Source: Phaeosaccion multiseriatum
Taxonomy: Eukaryota > Protista > Ochrophyta, other classes
Assembly: GCA_965112735.1 (NCBI GenBank)
Contig: OZ218960.1
Coordinates: 2,976,001-3,040,000, forward strand
DNA: 64,000 nt
Reading direction: 5' to 3'
Below, piece after piece: positions 42,973-56,513 of this stretch (position 1 is the first letter of the stretch; each line of letters starts with the position of its first letter). The notes under the pieces are model-generated. The model had not been told where the DNA came from and searched no databases. It saw only the letters and a program-made list of their open reading frames with translations. Both the position numbers and the translations under genes were made by a program.

Positions 42973-44795
42973 AGAGAGAGAGAAGAGAGAGAGGTAGGGA
43001 GAGAGAGAGACACACACATACACACACATACATATACACACACACACAAACACAAAGAGAGTGTCGTTACAGAGCCCCGTCCATCCATCCCGTGTAACGC
43101 CATGTACGTACCTCCGTGTGCTTGTGTTTCAGCACTGCGCTCCCCGAGAGGATGCGGATATCCAAGGCGTTTGGGTTGTAGAGGGAGGCGAGCATTTGGT
43201 AGTCCACCTCCAGCCCCGTGATGCTGTCATTTGTGAGCCATTCGTAGGTGACAGGGAAGTGGGATTTGTGGGAAAGGAAAAGGAAATACACGCGCGAGTG
43301 AGTGAGTGAGTGAGTGAGTGGCTCAGTAGTGAAGGGTGAGGGATGTAAACTGAACAGAAACACCTCCTGCCCTCACCTGTGGACGATGGATTTCCAGTCG
43401 AATTGGGTGTTGCACACGTTGAGCTGTGTACATGGAGAGACCGAGAGGGGGAGGGAAGTTGAGTTTCAGTTGAGAGTGACTCAGGAGAGGACTTTGAATT
43501 TGAGTTTGCATGGAAAGCGACAGCGAAAGCAGCTCATCGCCTTGGAGGAAAACAAAAGCTTTGCGCACATCACCGCATGGGGCGTCTGCTTCCCTCCTCC
43601 CACCCTTCTTCTCTCACCCACCAACCTAACCGCACCCACCTAGCTACCTACCGACCTACCGACATAACCTCCTATTACCTACTACACACCTACGTACGTA
43701 CGTACGCACGTACCTACATACCTGCCCACCTTCCTACCTACCTACCCCCCTACGTACCTGTGGGGTGTGGGGCGAGTAGAGAAGGATGATGGCACACATA
43801 ATCAGAACCACCACCATAAGGCTGCCGCAGCTCCACACAGTGAATCTGTGGAGCTGTAAGGCCACCCTCCCCAAGGCTGTCCCACCGCCACCACCACCAT
43901 TGGCTGCGATCCCACCACAACCCCCACCGCCGTTACTGCTGTTGTTAGGCACCAGCGTGGCTGCCGCCAGCAGTCGCTGCTCCTCCGCGCCCTCGTCTCC
44001 ACCACCACCCAGTACCCGATACTCATACGCCTCCCCAGCCTCCGTCACCGCTTTTCCCGCTCGCCCGACCTCCTCCTCCTCCTCCTCCTGCTGCTGCTGC
44101 TGCTGTCTTCCTACTGTATCACCAACTGCTACGGTTGCAACAGGGTGCACAGGGTGCGCTCTGCTGAACTCCTTCGTCACGCGAATGGCAGACACTCCGA
44201 GCAGGATGGCCAAACCCCCGAAGAGGAAGGCGCCGAGTACGATGAAGAGGGGCGGTGTGGCGATGCCTCGGAACTCCGGCTCCTGTCGCTCACACTGATC
44301 GTTGTCGTAGCAGTAGGAGCCGTACAGGCAGCCGTGCGGGCTGCATCGAGGTTGTACATGCAGGCGGACACACGCGGACAGGACAGGGGTGAAGGCTCTG
44401 AAATTTCGATGTAAGTACTCAGTCTGCGTCTCGTATCACTCACCTTCCGACCGTGTGGCACTTTGCGTCGGCGCTACAGAAATGGCAGCCCCACGTCGAG
44501 CTCCGGCATTCGGCGCATCTGAAGCAAGCAAGTAGTGATAGGGAGAAGTGAGCAGGAGACAGCAAGCCGGGAGAGGCACAGAGATCCCCATTTACACGCC
44601 CATTTCTTCTCCACGGCCATCGTCACCGGGCGTCGCGTGCGGTATACATGCTTACGTGGAGAGGTCGGAGCAGCTCAGTGCCTCGACAAGGGGAAGCACC
44701 ATCCCGAGTAGCAGCACCAGTGAATGCTTCTGCAGCGGCGACAGGAGGAAGGCAGACTTCGCCGGACGTCTTCGATGTTTCCCTCCTCCCGTCAT
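41416..44795 (-). CDS. Membrane protein: signal peptide, Cys-rich PSI-like domain, 2 TM helices, LEA_2/NDR1-HIN1-like domain; 8 exons
   Basis: Exons 44795-44656, 44518-44444, 44340-43758, 43423-43377, 43223-43112, 42876-42793, 42356-42255, 41670-41416 are all phase-compatible. CSDLSTCAECRSSTWGCHFCSADAKC (PSI-like); LYNPNALDIRILSG..H...VGQ (LEA_2 NPN motif). Confidence 0.75.
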
Positions 44796-45058
44796 TTCCC
44801 TCCTTCTCCTCCGTCGACTTCTCCTCTTCTCCCTTCTCTCTCCTTTCCTCAACTCCTCTCCTCTCTCCCCCGGCCCCCCTTTTCTCTCTTTAACGACTTT
44901 GATGATGCCCCGGTGTTCCACCCTCCTTCCCCTTGTCGCTTTGCTCTACATCCAAGCAAGCGAAGAAGGCGTCCCTTCCACTCGCTAAAGCGCACCACTA
45001 TTGCCAAAAAAAGGTGACAGCAAGGTGACAGGGGGCGAGTAAGGATGGCACCGGACGG

Positions 45059-45083
45059 CCAATTGGTCTATGGTCCAATTGGT
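45059..45083. promoter_or_regulatory. Two palindromic CCAATTGG (CCAAT-box-like) sites in a divergent intergenic region
   Basis: GGCCAATTGGTCTATGGTCCAATTGG lies between the head-to-head LEA_2 and mTERF genes; function unverified. Confidence 0.3.
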
Positions 45084-45857
45084 GCCCCTCGGGAATGAAT
45101 CTCTGTTGTCCCTCTTCGAGCTCGTGAGTCTCCTTTCCCTCTCCTTTTTTCTCCCTTATCCCGCCTCTGTCTTTTGTGGGGGCTTCGGTGAGGGTCTAGC
45201 ACCTGGGGAGGCGCTGATGTGGTGCTGATCTGATGTTGTGGGTGGGCCAGGGCTGTCGTATGTGGGCCTTTACGCCGCTTTAGGAGGAGCGGTGGCTGCA
45301 GGGAGGAGCGGCAGAGGGGAGGAAAGAGGGGCCACAGGTGAGTGAGGGTGAGGTTGGGATGGAAGAGATGAGAGGCAGGTCTTGAAGGGAGGACGAATAG
45401 AGGTGGCTCGTCTGAGGAAAGGCTGATTACGCACTTTGTCATGTTTGACCACTCCACAATCCCTCTCCATGCTATATAACCGCTTGGGCAAGCGCAGTCT
45501 GCTCTGCCTACTCCACAGTCTCTCGCCCCAACTGCTCTCTGTACGGAGCTGTTGAGCCCCCCATTCCATTTCTGTATTTTGTTTTTCTCATTGCCTGACT
45601 TGCGCACGCACCTCCCCTCCTCGGCCCCGTTCTTTTCTTTATCATCGCTCCAATAGGTGGTGCGCGCGTTGCGTGCCCTGGTTGGGGCCTGGATGTCACC
45701 GACCGCAGGTCGTGTGGGGAGGAAGGGCAGGAGGGAGGGTAGCATTTCTGCTCAGCAACAGAGAAGGCAACAAGAAGAAGAGGAGGAGGAGAAGAGGCAG
45801 CAATGCCAGGAGCACCAAGAGTCAGTTGGCGTAGCGGAGCCTCGGGGGAGGATCGGT

Positions 45858-46354
45858 ATGAAGAGGCGTAGAAGTGCGCGGCATAGCCGGAGCCGGCATG
45901 CCACCATGCTTCGAGTGGTCAGCGTCGTTGGTATGGTCGGTCTTGGGGAGCCTGTTCATGCTCTGACGACTCCTGCTGCCTCTGCGAACGCTGCTACTCT
46001 AGGCGGTAGTAGCACAGGTAGCGCCAGTGGCAGTGGCAGTGGTGTGGTAGGTCTCTGTGACCAAAGTGAAAGAAGCAGGCGTGGTGGTGGTGGTGGCGGT
46101 GGTGTTGGAAATAGTAGCGGGAGTAGTAGAAGCAGAGTCCGGCGTCTCGGCTCAGGGGCGTCTCCGTGTGCCTGCTTGGCCTTCACCCGCGGTCTCGCCC
46201 TGAGCGGCAAGGCAGCACCACCAAGCGCAGCAGCAATAGTAGGAGGATCAACAGCAGGAGAAGCGTCAGGAGCAGCCCCAGCAGCAGGAGATGCGAGTAG
46301 AACGAGGAGACCCACGGGCCGGTTTTGCGTCGCTAGGGACGCCGGAGCATCTTT

Positions 46355-46391
<37 letters not shown>

Positions 46392-48890
46392 CCATCATCA
46401 GGTGGTGGCGCGGGCTTTGGCTTTGGTGCTGGTGGGATTGGGACGGCTTCGGCGGGGACGGGCGTTGGCCGGGGGCGGGTCCGGCAGAGAACAGGGGCTG
46501 CTGGCCTCTCGAGACTGGTGCGTGGCTGGCTGGAAGAGGGAGGGAGGGAGGGAGGGAGGGAGAGCTAGAGCATGAAGTAGTCAGTCAGTCAGTCAAGCAG
46601 GCAGGCAGGTAGTCATTCAGGCATGCGGGAGGGAGGGAGGGACGAAGGCTGGAAAGGTGGAAGGCGCACATGCTTCGCATTTTCCTTTTGTGGGCGCCAT
46701 GGGGAGAGGGGCGTGTTTGTGTGCGCGAATGTGCGAATGTTTTATTCCCTTCTCGAAAGGGGTCAGGTGGAGGAGATCGGTGCACAGAGCCCTGCCTCAT
46801 GTCCCCTCCCCCTCTCTCTCTCCTTCCCTTGTTACTTTTTTTTGTCCTCTCTCCCATGTGTGTCTGTCTGTGCGTGTGTATGCATCTCTCTCTCTCTCGT
46901 GTCCTCCTCTTGCTTCTCTCTTCAGTTCACAACGGTAAGCGCCCCCTGGGACCATCCCCCAGCAGAGAATAGCGGCGGCAGCAGCGGCAGCGGCAGCGGC
47001 AGCAGCAGCAGCAGCAGTATCGGGGGCGACAATAGTAGCAGTAGGAGGGACAATAGTAACAGTAGGAGGGAAGGAGGCAGGGGGGCCGGTACGCCTCACT
47101 TCGCCACTACCGCGATAGGAGCAGGAGGTGGTGGTGGTGGAGGTGGAGGAGGAGGAGGTAAGCAGTACGAGCAGGATAATGCTGCTTCTCTCGCAGCCGT
47201 AGCGGCCAAGACAGGAGGAGCAGGAGGAGCAGTCGGGCCCAGTGTGAGCCGGCAGGGACAGGTGGAAATCATTCGATACGCAGCCGAACCTCCGTCATCC
47301 TCCTCCTCTTCTTCTAGTCGACCCCGAGTGGACTTTGCGCGGCCGCCGCCGGATATCAAGGCTCAAACGGCATCTTCAGTGGCAGCGGCCAATGCCCTGG
47401 CCGTGGAGGCTGAGGCTGCCCTAAGAGCGGAGCGGGTGCGTATATTGGCGGAGGTCGCCTCGGCTGGCTCCACTGTGCCAGCGGCTGGGTCAGGGCCAGG
47501 GTCAGGGCGAGAGTCAGGGTCAGGGGCGGGGTCAGGGTCAGGGTCAGGGTCAGGCTCAGGCTCAGGCTCAGAGTTTCTCCCACAGAGGATGGCACCAGAC
47601 GCAGTGAGAATGCAGCAGCAGCAGCAGCAGCAGCAACGAAGGCAGCGGAGACAGAAGGAACAACAACGACCAGAACAGGGTGTAAATAGCAACGGAAGCG
47701 GATGGAGGCGGCAAGGGGTAGGGATGGTCCCAGGGGTGGAGTATGCTGCAGCAGGGGCAATGCCAGGGACAGACTCCGCCCCCCGGCCGCAGGTCAAGGC
47801 TGCAAGGCCGGTGGCAGCGAAGCCTGTGGCTGCAGCCCAGGCGATGCAGGAGCAGGAAGAAGAACGGCAACAAGCCGGCGTCGGGGCTGCCAAGGCGGAC
47901 AGTAGAGGAAGGGCAGGGCAGGAGCTGCGACAGGAGCAGGTGGAGGTGCAGCGGGTAGAAACCGGTGCTGCTGCTACTGCTGATGCCGGGCTAGGTACAA
48001 CACCAGCTGACACCGCCGGAGCTGGCTTACCAACTGCTACCGCTGGCTCAGCGGCAACACCCCTTGTAGCGGGGGCCGCAGGGCCATCATTGACTGCCGA
48101 GGGGGTGCCAGTGGAAGAGACGCTGGGGCTGCTGAGGGGCAAGCTGGCGCTGTACCTCTTGGAGCACGGGGCAGAGGACACGCAGGTGCGTGTGTGTGGG
48201 GGTGTGTGTGTGTGTGCGTGTGTGTGTGCGTGTGTGTGTGTGTGTGTGCGCGTGTGTGCGCGTGTGCGTGTGTGTGTGTGAGCAGTGTGTGGATGTGTAC
48301 GCGTGTGAGTGGTTGTGTGTGTATGTGTGTGTGTGGATGTGTACGCGTGTGAGTGGTTGTGTGTGTGTGTGTGGATGTGTGGTTGTGTGTGTGGATGTGT
48401 GGATGTGTGGGCGTGTGAGTGGTTGTGTGTGTGTGTGGATGTGTGGTTGTGTGTGTGGATGTGTGGATGTGTGGGCGTGTGAGTGGTTGTGTGTGTGTGT
48501 GGATGTGTGGGCGTGTGGGTGAGCAGTGTGCTGTGTGTGTGGATGTGTGTTGTGTGTGTGGGTGAGTGGGCCAGCGAACGGGAGACGGGGAACGGGTGCG
48601 GCCGTAGGTCTTAAGGTATAGCATATACAAAGAGATAACTCTCTTTTTCTTTCTTTCTGCCATCTTTTTCTAGTGAGTACTGTTCTTTGCCAAAACCAAG
48701 CCCCCCCCATGCCCGTGGATCACAGGTTTCCGACCTGTCGCAGGTGCTTGAGTCGATCGCTCTGTACCACCAGCAGGAGCGCCTAGCAGGGCTGCAGCCC
48801 CCCCGCCTTATGTCCGTGCAGGAGCAGGAGCGGGGGGGCAGTGGTAGCGGCAGCGGTAGTATTGATAATATTAGTGGTAGTGGGGAGATC

Positions 48891-48923
<33 letters not shown>

Positions 48924-49515
48924 CTGAAGGATGGGGTAGAGGAGGAGGAAGGGGCAGGGGCGGTCGCCGAATTGGGCACCTCAATGGGTATATCAATGGG
49001 TAAGTCAATGGGTGCCGACATGGAGTCCCTTCCGGAGGGACTCCTGGACGATCTCGCGCAACGCCCTGCGCGTATCATGGAGCGGCGGTTACGACAGTTA
49101 CAGAACAGTACGGGTAGCAGCACCAGTAGTAGCACATGTTGGGAGTATTGCATCAAGTGGTTGGACGACGGCTCTCTGTGCGACACGTGGCTGTCCGAGG
49201 CAGCTCTGGCCTCTGTGGACGGGGGACGCGAGGCCATCGCTCAGGTGAGTTGAGTGAGTGAGAGAGTACGTGAGTGAGTGAGTGAGTGGGTGAGTGAGTG
49301 AGTGAGTGAGTGAGGAAGGGAGTGAGTGAGTGAGTTGAGTGAGTGAGTGAGTGAGTGTGGCAGGCAACACAGCAGCAGCAGAAGGAGCAGCAGAATGAGC
49401 GGATTGGTTGATGATAAAGGCCAGACGCCCACCCTTCCTTTCCTTTGCTTTGCCCGACCCCACACAACCCACAACCTTCGACCAGCATTTCTCTCTCTCT
49501 CTCTCTCTCTTTCTT

Positions 49516-49580
<65 letters not shown>

Positions 49581-52500
49581 TTTTTCTCTCCTCGCTCTCT
49601 GTCGTCCCCTCTCTCTTTGTCTCGTTGTCTCTCTCTCTTCTCTCTCTCGTTGTCTCTCTCTCCTCTCTCTGTATGTATGTATCGCTCCTTCACTTCACTG
49701 ACTTCCCTCCCCCCCTTCTTTTTTATTACCTCTTGCTGCTCACCTACTACTCCTGACACCCCTTGCTGACTTACTCACCCCCCCCCCCCCCCATTAACTT
49801 ACTCACACCCCTTGTTGACTTACCCCCCCCCCCCCCCCCACAGGCGGCCGCTCGGGCCACAGCCTCGGAGCTCGCTCTGGCCGAGGAAGCCGCAGCCACA
49901 AGTGCAGCGGCCGCAGCGATGGCAACCAATGACCTGGCCTGTCCGCCCGCCCTCATGGGGTCTTGGGAGGACTGGTTGGGTACCTTGGAGGCCCTCAGAG
50001 GGGCTGGCTTCACGGGACAGGATATGGCCGCCATCTGTGAGAAATGTCCGTCTACGCTGTGGAGACCGAGGGACACGCACGTGGTGGGCACGCTCAAGTT
50101 GTTAAAAGACGGCCTGCAGTTCAGGTAAGGGAGGGAGGGAGGGAGGGAGAGGGAAGAAGGGAGGAAGTATGTGTTGATGTCTCTATTTGAAGGTTTTCTC
50201 TTTGCCCTACCTCCACTTGCCTTCTTGGTACCTTCTTTGGACATTCTCCTATTTTTCATCTTTGTTTGTTCTTTGGTTCGTTTTTTCTTTCTCTGGTAGG
50301 CCCACGGACGTTCGGCGTGTGCTGCGCAAGGCCCCAGAGATCTTGGGCCAACGCGCGGACGGAAGCAAGCTTGACGACACCGTCAAGGTAAGAAGGGTTG
50401 TGAAGGGAGGGAGGGAGGGAGGGAGGGAGGGAGGCAGAAGGGCAAGGAAGGGAGAGGCAAGGAGGGGAGAGGGTTCGAGAGAGCCCCCCCATCACCCCAC
50501 CCACACCCCCTAACACACACACTCTCTCTCTCTCTCTCTCCCCCAGATGTTGGGCATCCTCGGTACCCGAGACCGCTCCCTCCGCCACTGCATCCAGCGC
50601 TGGCCCCGCCTCCTCGCCGTACCCCCCTCGGATCTGTTCCAATTGGCAGCGTGGCTGTCTTCGGCCGATGTTGGGCTGAGGGCCGGAGAGATTGGGTCGC
50701 TGCTCGGTTCCGCTCCCAACCTTGTCGAAGCGAGGTGTGTGTGTGTGTGTTGTGTGGGTGGGTGGGTGGGTGTTGTGTGTGTGTGTGTGTTGTGTGTGTG
50801 GGTGTGTGTGTGTGTGTGTGTTGTGTGTTGTGTGTGTGTTGTGTGTGTGTGTGTGTGGGTGGGTGTGTGTGTGTGGGTGTGTGTGTGTGGGTGTGTGTGT
50901 GGGTGTGTGTGTGTTGTGTGTGTTGTGTGTGTGTGTTGGTGTGTGTGTGTGTGTGCGTGTGTGTGTCATGGGGCTGCTGCTGTGCACTCTTAGGAGAGCA
51001 AAAAAAACGTGCTTGGAGAAAGCCCCAGGTCACTCCCTCCCTCCCTCCCTCCCTCCCTCCCTCCCTCTCCTCCCTCAACAGCATCGACGAGCAGCTCCAG
51101 CCCGTCGCCCGCTACCTCCTTGACGTGGTGGCTGTGGAGGACATGGCGCGGCTGCTCAGGGCCTACCCGCAGCTCCTGCTGTGCGATGTGGACACTGAGA
51201 TTGTGCCTTGGGTAGAGTTCCTGAGAGACGAGGTGAGGGAGTGAGTAGTAAGTGTAGTAAGTCACTGGGTGGGTGAAAGAAATAGAGTGTGCCCTGGCGT
51301 GATTTCCTGAGAGCCGAGGTGAGGAGTACGTCAGTGTGTGTGTCTGTGTGGGGGGGGGAAACAGTGGGTCTACGACACACGTAACTGAATGTCTCTGTTC
51401 AACCACCTGTCCGCCCTCCCTCCCCTCCCTTCCCTTCCCCTCCCTCACCATCCACGTCTCCCTCCTGTATCACCAACAGGTCTACATCGACGAACACGAC
51501 ATACCCCGTGTGCTTCAGTCCTTCCCCATCATCTTCGCCGTGCCCATGGCAAGAATGCGTGCCGTGCACCGATACATGTGCCTGGACTTGGGTCTGGACC
51601 CCACTTACACACCCCTCATGGAGGATGGCACCCTAAGCCTCACCAAGGACAGTACGGGGATGGGCGGACAGGTGAGAGGAGGGGTATTCAAAATTATGGG
51701 GAGGGGATGGCAGTGGATGGAAGGGCAGTTTTATTCTCGGTGTAGGGTTTCTGGCAAGGCATGTGGGCAAGTCGATGTCGATGTCAATATCAATGTCTAT
51801 ACATTAGTTGGTGTTGGAATTAAGAGGACGAGATGACACTGAAACTGTTTGGAACCACATCAACTGAAGCTGGCTGGCACCCATCCACTCCCTCGTCTCC
51901 CTTCCCTTCTGTAACTGTCAGGTGGCGTATCAGGGGTCGAAAGTGGCGAAGATCTTGCGAGCATTTCCCTCTCTGCTGGGCCTAGAAGTGGACAGGCATA
52001 TGCAGGCCGTCGTGGACTATCTGCAGGTATATGGGGGGGGGGGGGCGTGTGCATAGCAAGAGCGAGAGCGAGTGGCGCTTATCGCTGACAAGGCACCTGT
52101 TGACAAGGCAGTGATGACTACACCTTACAAGTGGGAATCTCAGCGAGCGGGTCTGTAGTGGGCTCCGCTTTGAACTCAAATTCAGGTCCAAGTCCCTCTC
52201 ACGAAGGAGGGAACAGACTGAGTCTTGTTTCCCTTGGAGTGCTTCTCTACATTTTCTTCGAGCAATCAGAAAACCGCCTGGCAATCTATATACATGAAAA
52301 CCGCAACAACACTGACCGACAAAAAAATCTCTTCCTCCCTCCCTCCCTCCCTCCCTCCCTCCCTCCCTCCCTCCCTCCCTCCCTCCCTCCCTCCCTCCCT
52401 CCATCCCTCCCTCACAGAGCATCGGCGTCAGTGACGTGGGTCGGTTCGTGGCGCGCCTACCCCCTGTGTTGGGCTACGAGGTTGAAGCCAACTTGCAACC

Positions 52501-52795
52501 CAAGTTTGAGTGGCTGGTCAAGGACATGGGCCTTGCCGTGTATGATGTGCTGTCCTTCCCTGCCTACTTCTCCTACCCGCTGCAGTCCGTCATTGAGCCT
52601 AGGACGCTCTTCTTGCAGGTAAGGGGTGTCAGGACAGGGGTGTCAGGACAGGGGTGTCAGGACAGGGATAGTTCAAGGCCTCAAGGGGTTGGGCTTTCCT
52701 CGCCCCCCTCCCCCTCCCGCTTTCCTCTCATCTCTCCCTCTCTCTCCGTCTGTCTCTCTTCCTTCTCTCTTCTCTTTGTATCTCTCTCTCTCTCG

Positions 52796-52829
<34 letters not shown>

Positions 52830-53586
52830 GTGGTGTGTGTATGGGTGTCACCACAGCTGCGGCGCCGGCCAGTGGCGGTGGTGGGTCTAACTGCAGCCCT
52901 GACTATGGGGGACTCAGACTTTGCGAGGAAGGTTGGTAAGGTTCGGCCGCAGGTCTATCTAGACTTCAAAAAGAGCTACCTACAGGTCAGTGCGAGTTTC
53001 AGTTGCTTAGGGCAGGCCTTCTTATCTTTGTACGTGCTCACACGCCTTGGCACTGAGTGTGAGTGTGAGTGTGAGTGTGAGTGTGAGTGTGAGTGTGAGT
53101 GTGAGTGCTCTGAGTCAATCAGAGTGTGAGCAGCAGAGCAGGGGGGGGGGGTGGGGGGGGGCGTGCGTCCCTCTCTTGAGGAATGCTCCCTTCTCATCCT
53201 CTCTGGGTTTTGTTCTCACCCCTTTTCTCTTCGTGTCTTTTTCTTTTGTGAATCACCAAACCGCCAAGCAGAGCCGCGCGGCCGTCGCCAAGGGTGAAAT
53301 TCAGCCCCAAGAGCTCCTGGGCGAGCTTGTTGACTCCATCGCACAAGGGGCTAGCGCGGGGGAGTGGGTCGGGCCTCGAGGGAGAGGGGGGGGGGGAGGG
53401 GGCGGTGAGGGGCCACGGGGAGGAGGGGAAGGAGGAGGCAGGTGGCAGCAAGGGCCCAGGGGGGGAGGGGGAGGAAGGGGAGGAAGAGGGGGAAGAGGGG
53501 GAGGAGGGGGAGGAGGGGAGGCGGGGAATCGAGGACGGAGGGGAGGGGGTGATGAGAGGAGCGACAAGAGAAGAACGACCCGCTAA
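45858..53586 (+). CDS. mTERF-family organellar transcription/RNA-processing factor with a long N-terminal extension; ~12 exons
   Basis: Approximate exons 45858-46517, 46925-48185, 48726-49244, 49844-50124, 50300-50387, 50547-50734, 51082-51232, 51480-51671, 51922-52026, 52418-52618, 52857-52986, 53272-53586. mTERF repeats: LLRAYPQLLLCDVDTEIVPWVEFL, ILRAFPSLLGLEVDRHMQAVVDYL, FVARLPPVLGYEVEANLQPKFEWL, FPAYFSYPLQSVIEPRTLFL, GDSDFA. Hydrophobic leader followed by S/R-rich stretch. Confidence 0.85.
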
Positions 53587-54387
53587 CGTTATTGTACTAG
53601 CGGAGGAAAACCCAGGGGGTGTGGGTGCATGGACTAGGCTCCGTGCGAGTGTGAGAGAGAAGGAGAGGGACGGAGGAGCGGAAATAGGGAGGGATGGAGG
53701 GAGGGTGGGTGGGTGGGAGGGAGGGAGGGAGGGAGGGAGGGAGGTGTTTCGCGGGCGGGAGGGAGGCCCCAGCGCGGACGCGTGGTTTTGTTTTACGCTC
53801 GGGGGCCCTGGGGAGTGAGGGTGTCCGAGAGGAGAGATTTTAGCACGCCAAGACAGAGACATCACAGTGTGGAAAGAAAGGGGGGGGAAAGGGCTTTTAA
53901 TTACTGTATTTACCCCAATGGTGAGAGGAGTGAGAGGGGTGGGATTGTGGATGGGAGGGGATGGATGGATGAGGTGGGATGGGAAGAAATGGGAGTCCTG
54001 ATGAATGGTTTATATTATTTAGTTTTATTTATTTATTTGAATTAAAATCAAGTCGGAATTGGGACGGAGTTTAGGAGGTGGCGAGGTGAGGTGTGGGTAG
54101 GGCATCGTCATTCACCATTCATTCACCAGGAATCACAGAAATCACAATCACTTCGTGAGCAAGGGGAGTACATTACGTTTGGGCCCTGTAAGCCCGTAAG
54201 GGGCCTGGCCTTCATAGGGTCTGCCATAGGGTCCTGCTAGGATGTCAAGCAGATGTCAAGCTTATTTTATTATATATTCACAATCGCGTAACGTAACGAT
54301 CGATAGTTACCAAACCCGCTCCATGCCCACGCCATGCCCACTATACTTACAGCGAAAGGGACAGCCCTTCTCTCTCCCTCTCTCTCC

Positions 54388-54419
<32 letters not shown>

Positions 54420-54730
54420 CTGTCTGTCTCCCTCTCCTTCTCTCTATCTCTTCTTCTCCTTCTCTCTCGTTCACTCTTTTCTCTGGATTGATGGATGGAT
54501 AGTGTAATTGACAGATAGTTCGTCTACCGAAAGTGCCTACACCCAACCCGAATCCCAATCCCAATCCGGCCGCGCACTCACTCACTCACTCACTCACTCA
54601 CTCACTCACTCACTCACTCACTCACTCACTCACTCACCCCCAAACCCTTCCCACTCGTTCCTCCTCGTCCGTCTGTCCGTGTCAAGAACGCTCCCGACTT
54701 GTGTCATTCCATCCCCGTTCTCCACTCCCT

Positions 54731-56513
54731 TCACTGCCCCCCCTTACGCCTCGTTCCCCTAGCCCCTTGGCCGGCCTTCGGTGCTACGACTCTCCTCGCC
54801 GCTGTACGTGCTGCTGCTCCCGATTGCTTCCTCTGCCCGGCTGCTCGCCCCACCACTACCACACCCCGCTTCACCGCAACTGCTCCCTTCGCCTTTCCTC
54901 CTCCCTGTGCCCTCCCTCCTGCTCCTCCCCCTCCCCCACCTTTAGCCCCTCCTCCACCAGCCTTTCTGACAGTCCGTTGGCTGCTCGCCTTGATCGCCTT
55001 GACCGCCTTGGCCTTGCCCTTCTTCACGGCATCCGCCGCAACCTGTGTGAAGGCCGTGGCCCCCTTGATCTTGCTCGCCGCCTGCTGCTGCTTTGCCTGC
55101 GCTGGCTTACCATTGCCACCACCGTTGGCACTGCCCTGCCCCTGCCCCTGCCCCTGTCCCTGGCCCTGTTTTGCCTTGCCTGCCCTGCCGCCCAAGGACA
55201 CGGAGAACGTCGGGGGCTTCTTGTCGCCCCCCTTATTGTTATTGTTGTTGTTACTTTTGTTTGTGGCCTGGGCTGAGCCTCCCCCCATGGAGGCAGTGCT
55301 GAAGGTGACTCGCATCTTACGCTTCATAGCGAGGCTGGGGGCGGTTTCCGTTGCCGGGGCGCGGGCGGGCAGGGGCTTACCACCCTGCTGCTTAGCCTTG
55401 CCTTTACCTTTCGGCGGCTGAGCTCTAGGCTTGGGAGGTGCCTAAAGCGCGGCAGGGGGGAGGGGAGAGGGAGAGAGAGAGGGAGGGAGGGAGAGAGGAG
55501 CAGAGGAATAGGTCAGCCAAGGTAGGGAGAGCTCCGCATCCCTCGTGTGTCATTGGCTGCCATCTTGCCCTCTTCCCTTCCGCCCCTTTGCCCGTTGTCT
55601 TGGCTCCCCACCTTCTTGTTCTGCGTAGCTGCCTTTGCCTTCCCTTGTGATTGTTGTTGCGGCTGCTTCGCCTTGGCCCTGCCTCTGCTCGACTTGGGAG
55701 AAGCAGCGGCAGGTGTCACTTTGGGACTAGCTCTTACCCTCTGTAGCTTCTCCCTCTTCGTCAGTGGCGCTGCCCCACCCCCCTTCCCCTTGTTTGCTAC
55801 CAACTTGGCTGCAGCAGCACCCTTAGCCCGTCCTCCTCTTGCTGTTGCTGCTGGTGGTGGTGGTGTTGCCGCTGGAGCCTTGAGACCACGCTTCTTGGCG
55901 ACGGCAGCTGCCCTTCCTGCTTTGGTCTTGTTGGCTGCCGCTATCTTTGTTGAGGAATTGGGCTGTGCGTATGAAGGAGAGACGAGAGAGGGAGGGGAAA
56001 GGGAAGAGGAAGTGGGACGGTGAAGGTCAGCAAAATGATTCTGTCAACTAAACTGGTGAGGGTTAGTGAACAACTTGAAAGACAGCGGACAGACAAATAA
56101 AACGGGACCCGCCCCCTCATTAATAGAGCAAAAGAGCAAGAAATGCTACTGTCATACTGACCAAAGACGAAAGCCTCAGCCCCTACTGCATGCCGTCCCG
56201 CGGAACTTGCAAGAAAATTCTACCGCCGACCTGCCGACCTGCCTCGCCCCGACAAACGAATTTGACTCTTGCCGCGGAGCTTAGATGATACCGCCTGCTT
56301 CACCCTACCTTCCCTCCCTATCGCACTGGTCTACTCCTTCGCTTCCCTCGTGCAGCGCCACCCGGACGGGCGCTCGCAACTGCTCCCCGGACTCACCCGT
56401 GGGCTCACCGCCTTGTTCTCTTTCCCCTCCGCTGTCTTCTTCTCGGTCTTTCGCGCCTTGATGATGTCGTCCAGGGGCTGATCAAGGATCATGTCCACCG
56501 CCGCTGAGCTCAT
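54731..56513 (-). CDS. Basic K/A/G-rich disordered protein with an N-terminal UAP56-binding-like motif (ALY/UIF/CHTOP-type); 3 exons
   Basis: Exons 56513-56397, 55962-55612, 55441-54731 join in phase 0. ILDQPLDDIIK resembles the LDMSLDDII UBM. No RRM visible. Confidence 0.65.

Noticed and set aside
45068-45745. 225-aa minus-strand ORF between the LEA_2 and mTERF genes
   Set aside because: No domain signal; overlaps the probable promoter/5' UTR region; expected by chance at this GC content.
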